Assembly (NCBI GenBank): GCA_023410715.1
Contig: JAEYPN010000030.1
Location: 48,806-112,805, forward strand
Reading direction: 5' to 3'
Source: Bacillota bacterium
Lineage (GTDB): Bacteria > Bacillota_I > Bacilli_A > Izemoplasmatales > UBA1188
DNA length: 64,000 bases
Positions 45,204-54,700 of the stretch are shown here, piece by piece; within the stretch, counting starts at the first letter, position 1; every line of letters starts with the position of its first letter. A model generated the notes under the pieces. That model had not been told where the DNA came from. It did not search any database and saw nothing but the letters and a program-made list of their open reading frames with translations. A program made the position numbers and the translations under genes.

Positions 45204-46415
45204 ATGAAAAATTACGAAAATATTAATACCAAAAAAACCGCTACCTTTTGCAATATTCTTGTATTTATAATTTTTTTTGGTGCGGGTTTTTTATCATATG
45301 CAGCAAATGCTGATCTTCATCCAGCGGTGGTCTTTTTTAAAATGTTTTTTTATATATTATTAGCACTATTTGTATCAATTATTATTCATGAATCAGGCCA
45401 TTTAGTGACAGGGCTTATAACCGGATATAAATTTGTTTCCTTTAGAATTTTAAATATTTTGATTTACCGCAAGAAAAATAAAGTAAAGATTAAGTTAGGA
45501 AAAGGTGTTGCTTTAGGACAATGCTTATTATCTATAAAAGATCCTCAAAATAGTGAAAAAATGTCAGTAGATTTTTATTTGGCAGGGGGATCACTTTTCA
45601 ATTTTTTAACATTTATCATTACTTTACCAATAGTCTTATATGAATGGCTTAATTATGGTAATATATTATTATTTTTAGCAATTTTATGTTTAATAAGCCT
45701 TTACTTAACTTTTGTCAATTACCTACCACTTAACGTTAATGGACTATATAATGATGGATTAAATATTAAGATAGCAGATAATGAAGAAGCAAGATTAACA
45801 CTAATCAATTCACTATATTTAAATGAATTATTAGTTGAAGGACTTGATATTAATGAGATTAGTGATGAGTTAATCGATAATTATGGAATACATCCATCAA
45901 AATCCTATGTAAACTATTTTCCTTTTTCAAGTATAAAAACTTTAAAGCTTTATTATAACTCTGAAAAAGAAGAGGCAAAAAAATTAATTAGGTCTTATTT
46001 ATATTTTAGATCTGTATTACCAAAGGTTTATCAAAATATTATTACGATACTTTATTTGTTATTAATGCTTTTTACTGAACCAGATAAAGAAGAATTATTA
46101 AAATATCTTGATGACAAAAATCGACTTTTGCTACTTAATAATCATAATCCTTATAGTTATTTATTAAAGGCAATATATTTAAGAAACATTGAAAATGATC
46201 AACCAACTGCCTTAAAAACATATAATAAAGGTTTAAAATTGGTTAATAGTATAAATGAAAAAGCTGAAAGACAGGTTATTTTAAAGATGTATGAAGAAGG
46301 TATTAATTTAATTCAAACATCTGATAATATCTTTAAGAAGGTGGAAAAAAATGAGAATAATGACGACATACAACAAGAAGATGTTAATGAAGTTCAACCA
46401 AAATATTTTGTTTAA
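45204..46415 (+). CDS. Polytopic membrane zinc metalloprotease-like protein (HExxH) with a helical-repeat C-terminal half
   Basis: The start was moved to ATG 45204, after the rpmA terminator and behind a GGGTG RBS. It has IIHESGHLVTG (HExxH) in a TM helix, a NYLPLNVNGLYNDG segment reminiscent of the M50 second motif, and a soluble alpha-helical C-terminus. Confidence 0.55.
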   Translation: MKNYENINTKKTATFCNILVFIIFFGAGFLSYAANADLHPAVVFFKMFFYILLALFVSIIIHESGHLVTGLITGYKFVSFRILNILIYRKKNKVKIKLGKGVALGQCLLSIKDPQNSEKMSVDFYLAGGSLFNFLTFIITLPIVLYEWLNYGNILLFLAILCLISLYLTFVNYLPLNVNGLYNDGLNIKIADNEEARLTLINSLYLNELLVEGLDINEISDELIDNYGIHPSKSYVNYFPFSSIKTLKLYYNSEKEEAKKLIRSYLYFRSVLPKVYQNIITILYLLLMLFTEPDKEELLKYLDDKNRLLLLNNHNPYSYLLKAIYLRNIENDQPTALKTYNKGLKLVNSINEKAERQVILKMYEEGINLIQTSDNIFKKVEKNENNDDIQQEDVNEVQPKYFV

Positions 46416-46827
46416 ATATATGTTTAAGGTTTATCTCTTTATAAGCCTTTTAGTATTTTTAATATCAGTATATTTATGGCTAACATATAACTATATTTAT
46501 GGAATCGCATCTTTGGGTGCGGGTATAATATTGTTAAGTATCTTAATCATTTTTAACACATTAAAATCTAAAAAAGCAATTAAGGAAAATCCATACTTTT
46601 ATGAAGAGGTAATCTTTAACTATGATTTTTTGGATAATGATATTGTTGTAAATGTAAAAGATCAAACTATTACATTTAAATATTCAGATATTATTGAATT
46701 AGAAATATTTAAAAATTATATTATGATGGTTACTTATAATAACCATAACTTTATTATTGATAAATCAGCTTTTACAAGGGATGAAATTATGAAAATTAAA
46801 GAAAAGATGGGCAAAAAGGATGCTTAG
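46351..46827 (+). CDS. YcxB-like small membrane protein (tentative)
   Basis: ATG 46351 follows a strong GAAGGTGG RBS. Two TM helices precede a small beta-rich domain. It overlaps the upstream ORF by 65 nt. Confidence 0.45.
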   Translation: MRIMTTYNKKMLMKFNQNILFKYMFKVYLFISLLVFLISVYLWLTYNYIYGIASLGAGIILLSILIIFNTLKSKKAIKENPYFYEEVIFNYDFLDNDIVVNVKDQTITFKYSDIIELEIFKNYIMMVTYNNHNFIIDKSAFTRDEIMKIKEKMGKKDA

Positions 46828-48688
46828 AAAATATTTGCCAAAATATCGGTATGGGATAAAACTTATAGCTAATGGGGAGTATGAGGAAGCATATAATTAT
46901 TTTTCCCAGACGGCAGATACGGACCCATACGCTAGATTTTATCTTTTACAAATTGATTATAGTTTTTTAAAAAGAATTCCCATGGATGAAGTAGAAACAG
47001 AGCTTGAAAAACTTCTTTATTTAGGAAAAGAATATGAAAAAGCATCTTATCCAGTTTTATCGCATATTGCTTTTATTAAACAAAATATTGATAAATCAGC
47101 GAATTATGCAAGAAAAGCATTAGCATTAGGCATTGATAATGAGTTTATACATTTTGTTATTGCTAGTTCAATTTTATCGGATAATACTGCTACAAAAAAA
47201 GATATTTTAGAAGCTTTTGAACATTTAAACTTTATTGATGATGAGAATGATTTAATTAAGGAAAGCTTAATTTATACTAAAGTAAGCTTGCTTATTAAAA
47301 ATGGCGATTTAGAAGAAGCTAGTAATTTAATTTACAAAAATGCTTTCTGCGCTAACAATTATAGTTTATATAATTTACTTACTTTAAAACTTTTAGTAGC
47401 AAATGATGCTTCGACTAAAGAAATAATTGAAGCATATAAAAAAGTTATTAGCAATGATGATGATTTTATTGAAGGTAATCTAGAAATACTTAATTATTAT
47501 GAAAAGAAAAATATGCTTAATGACGCGTTAGAAATAATTGATTTATTACTTACTAAAACATCTGATCCATCTTTTATCTATCGAAAAGGTATAATATTAG
47601 CTAAAACTGGTAAATTTATAGATGCGATTAGCTTATTTAAGGAACATCTTAATGAGTTTGTTTTTAAAGCAGAAATTTTATATTCAATTGGTATTTGGAC
47701 AGCAAATGAAGATAAAATTGAAGCTAAACTTGAAGGTATAAAATACTTAGAAGAAAGTATAAAAGAATTTCCTGATCCATATGTGATTAATAGTTTATTC
47801 AATCTATATTATAGCTGCCACTTTTATGACGAGATTAGAAAATTAGCACTTTATGTTAAGAAAATGCATATAAAAGGCACAGGATCTGTTTATTATATGG
47901 CCAGGTATTTTTACTTTAATCGAAATATGAAAAAGACATTAAATTTATATAAAAAAAGTTACAAAGAAGATATAATTGATGAATTTGAATATTTAGAATT
48001 TCTTGTAAATACTACTAAGAATGGTTATAAATATTTTGATAAATATAGAGAGTACCTAATCGCAAAAAAAGATGATGAATTTGTACGTTCTTTAACAAGT
48101 CAAATGCTTTATTATGGCGAGTATGGTTCTAACATTGATGAAGTAGAAGCTAAAAGAATTATTAATGACGTTATTAAATATGACCATATCGATGATGATG
48201 TTAAAGCAAGGTATTTACTAAGTGAAAATTATCAAGAAGGAAAAAAATATATTATTGATGCATATAACAGACAAGAATCGACATTTACTCCGTGCGATAA
48301 TTTAACTGCTTTTTATGCTCATATCTTAATTCAAGAAGGAAAAAAAGAAGAAGCTTTAATATTGCTTGAAGAAAACATTAGAAAGTTTCAAGGTGATGCA
48401 TCAGAAAATGTATTTAATTTATATACATTTTTAAACCTAGACAATAAAGATAAATATCAGGAATTAATTCATTTACAAAAAAGAATGAATACCGACGTAT
48501 ATTATTCGCTAACTCGCTTATATATGTTAATGTTGATATATGAAAAGATGAATAAAAAATTATTAATTAGTAAAATCAAAAAACAAATTGATGTAGCACT
48601 AAAGTATGTTTCAAAAAGAGAAAGAGCTTGGTTTTTAGATTTGATACAAAATAAGAAACCATTCTACCCTTTTTTGACAAATAATTAA
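46820..48688 (+). CDS. TPR-like helical repeat protein
   Basis: 622 aa and all-helical, with recurring ~34-aa A/Y/L-rich units (e.g. ...EEAYNYFSQTADTDPYARFYLLQI...). An 8-nt overlap links it to the upstream gene. Confidence 0.5.
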   Translation: MLRKYLPKYRYGIKLIANGEYEEAYNYFSQTADTDPYARFYLLQIDYSFLKRIPMDEVETELEKLLYLGKEYEKASYPVLSHIAFIKQNIDKSANYARKALALGIDNEFIHFVIASSILSDNTATKKDILEAFEHLNFIDDENDLIKESLIYTKVSLLIKNGDLEEASNLIYKNAFCANNYSLYNLLTLKLLVANDASTKEIIEAYKKVISNDDDFIEGNLEILNYYEKKNMLNDALEIIDLLLTKTSDPSFIYRKGIILAKTGKFIDAISLFKEHLNEFVFKAEILYSIGIWTANEDKIEAKLEGIKYLEESIKEFPDPYVINSLFNLYYSCHFYDEIRKLALYVKKMHIKGTGSVYYMARYFYFNRNMKKTLNLYKKSYKEDIIDEFEYLEFLVNTTKNGYKYFDKYREYLIAKKDDEFVRSLTSQMLYYGEYGSNIDEVEAKRIINDVIKYDHIDDDVKARYLLSENYQEGKKYIIDAYNRQESTFTPCDNLTAFYAHILIQEGKKEEALILLEENIRKFQGDASENVFNLYTFLNLDNKDKYQELIHLQKRMNTDVYYSLTRLYMLMLIYEKMNKKLLISKIKKQIDVALKYVSKRERAWFLDLIQNKKPFYPFLTNN

Positions 48689-48776
48689 AGATTTTGACTA
48701 ATAAATTTATGCATATTATTGTGGTGCAAAATAATTTAAGGTATAATAAAATGAAGATTTATATTTTGGAGGTTTA

Positions 48777-51700
48777 ATGATGGGATCTAGTATTACTGAA
48801 TTAGTTAATCAAATACCTTTTGATTCACTCAATTTAATTTTTTTTGGAATATTTGGCGTTATAATTCTTGGAAAAATATTGAGTGGTCTTTTTAATGGAT
48901 TTACAAAAACTACCTATAGATTTATACGTTATACTGTCTTTTTAGTTGGTTTTTTCTTAACTGTAGATTTAGTTGCAAATTTTCTATATGATTTTAATTT
49001 ATCAAATTATAGTGAAATGATTAGCAATTTTTTAGCAATACCTAATACTGGAATTACAAATATTGAATCGATAGTTAAGTTATATGTAAAAACAAATTTT
49101 GCTCAATATAGTGATTTAGTTATAAATAATGCCGCTTTAATATCTCTAATTGCGGGAATTGCTAAATTTGTAATTAAAATTTTATACTTTATTCTGTATT
49201 TTACAGTGATAAGATTACTATATATAATAATTACTGGAATAATTAGAGCAATATTTGTGCCAAAAAATAATCGAAAAGATGTTGGAATGAGAAGCAAGAG
49301 TAAGCAAGGATTACTCGGAATGGTCGTAGGTTTTGTTTTCGGTGTTGTTGTATGCTTTAATGCTACAATAATCATGACATCACTTATGGGAATCTTAAAA
49401 ACAAGTTCCGAAGTAGTTGATGCAACAAATGCGATTAGTGAAAGATATTTAGAAGCAAATGATCCAAGTGGAAATCTCATCGATCCTGAGAATGTAAAAG
49501 AAATAAGGGTCGGTATTAATGCAATCAAGAAAATTTCTGAAATTTATGAAGAAAATAAAATAATAAAATTTTTGAATGGTATAACAATTTCAGTTAAAGA
49601 AGGTAAAGGAGATAGCGCTAAGCAAGTTACTTATCAAGCAAATGAATACTTGTTTGATAAAGTAATGTCAATTGATGCTTCTGGAACAAAAATTGCCTTT
49701 AGAAAAGAGTTAAATAATGTTTTAAATGCTTTATATGATGTTACTGATTCTAAGTTTATGGAGACTGGAGAAATAAAGGATTTAGAAGATTATACTGTTA
49801 CTAATGTTTTTTATCGATTATCGGACTCGAATTTAATTAATGTCTTATTTCCTGTGGCTATCGAAACTGCTGCTAAATATTTTGAAGTTGATGTTGATTT
49901 AAAAGAATTATATGGTGTAGACTGGAGTAAAGACTTCATGAGGCTTGGCGATATTGCTGGTGTATTTATAAGTGAAGGATTATTTGTTACATTTACAGAT
50001 AATAATGGTTCAATGATTGATATGCTTGCGGATGTGACAATTTCAAATACAGCATCAAATAAAATTGTTAATTCTATTTCAAAAATGGAATTATTAAATC
50101 GTTCATTTGAAATTGCTGTTGCCGGTGCCTTAACAACTGATGAAATAAAAGATGCTTTAGCTAAATATGATGTAGAAATTAGTGCTAGTGATTTTTCTAA
50201 TGTCAAGTTTGGCGAAGAATTAAGTAAAGTTGTTAAAATAGGTTTAATAACCTTAAATAATTTTGATAAAGCCATCGAAGGCGAAGAATTTAGCTTTAAA
50301 CTAGAGAATAGTTTTTATAAAGTTGATGTATATAAAGATATCGATACAATTGTTGATGAACTAACAAGTATGGATTTATTAACAATTGTTTTAGAAAAAG
50401 CCGCTGAATATGGCCAAAAATTATTAAATAACAAAGTTCCAGAACTTGAAGTATCAATTGCTGATATTGTCTGGGCAACTGAAGTTAATAATTTTGGAAA
50501 CATTTTAAAAAGTGTAGCAAGTGTGGAATTCGATTATACACAAGCTAAAGATAAAAATTATTTACTAAATATAGTTAGTGTTAAAAATAGTCAGTTACAA
50601 GATGTAATTTCATCTCTTTTTGAGTTGCAATTGATTGATAAAATGATTAAATCAGCTGTTCCATATATTAATAAAACATATGTGCCAGATGAATATAAAT
50701 TTATTCTTGATGATGCAAATGTAACAAAAGCTGGACTTGAAGGTGACGTAATTGGTTTAATTATTGTAGCTAAGGATATTTCAGATAATGGTGTAATTGA
50801 CCTTATTGAGAATAAAGAATACTTAAATTTACCTAGTGCAACCTTACGTACAGTTATATCTACTATCATGGATTTCTCTTTTATTTCAGGACGAGAAAAA
50901 GTTTTAATTGAAAATTTACTTGCTTTAGTAAAACTTGATGAGTTAGAAGACATTTCAATACCTGATAATATAAATTATAAAAATGAAATGTTGTTAATTG
51001 TTGATATCTATGATGAAGTTAAAAAAGCAAATATTGATTTAGATAATCCAACTAACATTCAAAATATAGAACCTAAAGCTTTAGAAAATATTTTTAAAAC
51101 CTTAGGATTATCAGAAATATTATCCTCACAGGGTGATCAACTTATTAAACTAGCTAATAAATTAATAAGTTCAGATGAAGAAGCAATATCGTTAAAATTT
51201 CCAGAAAACGTTGATTGGAAAAATGAATTTACTGTTATTGGTACAATTTTAAAGGATTTAATTACAGAAGCAAAGAAAATTGAAAATATTGATGGTTCTA
51301 AGAAATATATTGTTTTTAACGACTTTCTCAAAGAACCAACTGAACTTATTGATATAGTTGTTAAAATAGATACAGATAATTTATGTTTATCGCAAGTATT
51401 CTCACATACTATCGTAAGCTTATTATCTGGAAAAATGATTGAGTTTGAAGGTTTAGAAAAAATTAAAGTTCCTTATAGTGAAACTGATTCACGTTGGTTT
51501 TCAACTAAAAAAATAGTAGATGGAGAAGAAATTGTTACCCATCTTGAATTAAGCAAATTATTAAAAGCATTAAAAGAATTACTAGGTATTGTTGATCTTG
51601 AAAAACTTGATGAAATTGATACATCAATTCTAAATGAAATTTCTGATGAAATTGCAGATACATTATTCTCATCGCTTACAATTCAAGCTACATTATCATC

Positions 51701-54700
51701 AATAATAGAAGAATTAGACTTTGAAATTAATGGCTTTGGAATTACAATTCCAGATCACGTTGTAGATTATGCCGCAGAAGATACTTTAATATCTACAATT
51801 AGATTAATTAAAAAATCAGAATTTAAGAATTTAGTGGGTGCTGCAAAAGCAATTGATTTAGAAGCTTTAGCAAATGATCAAAATGAACCACTTGAAGTAT
51901 TAAAAGATACAACTGATCAAAATATTGAAAAATTATTTGATTCAGAAATCATTAGAGCAACGATATCTAATGCTCTAGCAACCTTCAGCACTGATGGTTT
52001 TGAAATAGTCGTCGTTACTGAAGTTGAGGATGAATATGGTTTAATTATAAAAAAAGAGTTTGTCGATTTGTTTAAAATCATCAAACTTGATGTGGTTAAT
52101 GAACTAATGAATCCTCCTGTTGATGAAATCACCGGTGAAGAAAAAGCAATTATCGATATCTTAAAAGATATGGAAGAATCAGAAATGTATCAAATATTTG
52201 ATTCTATGTTAATTAGAGCTTCAGCAACAAAGATGATTTTTGATTTGGATCTTGGTGATGATTTTAATCTTTTAGCACCATATTCAGTTAATATGGACGA
52301 TACAGCGTTAGAAATCAGGCATGTTAGAAACAGTGAGGATATAGTTTTAGAAAAGAGATATATTACTAAAGATGAATATGTTAGATTAATTACAGCGGTT
52401 AAGGTTCTTGATCTTGATTTACTAAAAGCAGATCAAATGGACTTTATTCAAAGTTTAAATACAGATGCTTATCCTGATGATGATGAAAATAACAAGACAA
52501 AAGCCAATGTTATATTAAATTCAAAAATTTTAAATGCATCATTAGGAAATACCATTTTAACATTAGATATTGATAATTTTACATTAATTATTCCAAAGAA
52601 TCTCATTATTAATGTAAAAAATCAAGATGATGCTTTAGTAGAAACTATATCTACAGCTGAACTTGATGCAATAATTACAGGCATAAATCAAATTAATATT
52701 GATAATATTTCTGATAATGACAAGATGCTTGACGAAGTAGCATCATTATCAAAAGCCTCAACAACTGATCCAACTAAAACTAAAATTAATTTAATTCTTG
52801 AAAGTCAAATTTTAGCTGCAACTATTGGTGGAAAAATTATTGAATTAAATGTTGATGGTATTGATATTATTGTTCCATTTGCGGCTATAACTAAAATTAT
52901 TGATCAAAACGATAATGAAAAAGATACTTTATTAACTGAAGAAATAACCGCAATTATTATAGGCGTTAATCAGATTGATTTAGATGCTTTATCTAATACA
53001 GACGATGGTAATGGTGGTAACCCAATGCTTGATGAAGTAAAATCTTTATCAGGACCATCAGAAACAAATCCAGGAGAGACTAAGCTTGAAGTTTTATTAA
53101 AGAGTAAAATTTTAGCTGCTACAATTGGACGAAAAATTTATTTAATCGATAGTGACTTAGACCAAGCAACGATTATAGTTCCAAAAGAAGTCGTAGTTAA
53201 TATTGAGACTAATAAACTTATTAGTGGTACAAGTGAGCATTTGTTTGTTGATATAGTAAATAATGACGAGGTAACAAATTTAATTGGAGCTTTAACTTAT
53301 ATTGATCTAAACGGCGAACTAGGAATGAGCACTGTAAAAAGTTTAAATGATGAAACAAGTGCGAACTCAGGCATTAAAAAATCAGAAAAAGTATACCAGT
53401 CAAAGATTTTAAAAGCTACTATTTCAAAAGTAGTTCTAGATATGCGAACTGATGCATCAAATCCAATTATTATTCCCGATGAAGCAATAGATAGTCAAGA
53501 AGAACATTTATTACACAATAATGATAATACAGTAATTCAAACAATTACTAATGATGAGTTTAATAGCGTTGTTTCAGGAATAGTCTATCTAGATGAAAAT
53601 AAATTAAATGGTACTGCAATTTTAAAAGATTTAAATGAAACAGTTGAAATCTATAAAAATGTCATTGATTCAAGAAAGAGATTTGCCCGTATATTAGTTA
53701 CAGTTAAAAAGAGCTCAATTGTATATAATTCACTAATTTTACAAGCTACAATCTCTAATAAAATCATAGGAATGACTAATGATGGTACAATTAAGATCAG
53801 TGAAAACTATGATTATGATATTTTACATATTAATGGTGAGCCAACAAACATGATTACTCGTGAAGAATTTGTAAACTTAGTAAATGCCTTTGCATGGCTT
53901 GATATTAATGATTTAGATAATATTAATGGCGTTACTATAATTGAAAAATTACAAGAAGATTCTATTGCTCCGCGAAAAATAGCGGATGAAGTTCATGATT
54001 CAATAGTTATTTCTTCAACTATCACTGATAAAGCTAAATCAATTGCTACTGGTTCGCTTGTAATAATTATTCCTGATTCAGCTAAAGATGAAAACGGAAA
54101 TATTAGTGCGCAAGAGTTATTAAAACTATCGGAAAGTATTTCTTGCTTACCAAAAGATGATGAAGATAACTTGATTTTTAATGGAATAGAAACGATAAAG
54201 AAATTAAATGAGCATACTGACCCAAGCAATCCAAGTAGTCCAATGAAATATGATAAAATCTATGAATCAGACATCTTAAAAGCTACTGTTTCTAATGAAA
54301 TTATCAAGCTTGAGTTGGATGGTACAATTGTTATTCCAGATAATGCCTATTTAAATGAAAATTATACTACTATGACTATTAGTCCTGAAGAGTTTTCAAA
54401 TCTGTGTGAAGGCTTAAATCATATTGATGTAGATTCATTCTCTGATGTTTCATTTGATGGTATTAAGATGCTAAAAGACTTAGATGCGCCATCTATCGTC
54501 GATGACCCTAGTTCAACAAAGAAGAGTGCAATTGTAATAAATTCCTTAATTCTTCAATGTACAATTTCAAGAGAAATTGTGAAACTTGATAATGATGAAG
54601 ATACAATTGTTATTCCAAGTGATGCTTATACACAAATGAAGTTTAACTTAATTTCAAAAGATGTTGTAACAGAAGATGAATTTATAAATCTAGTATCAGC

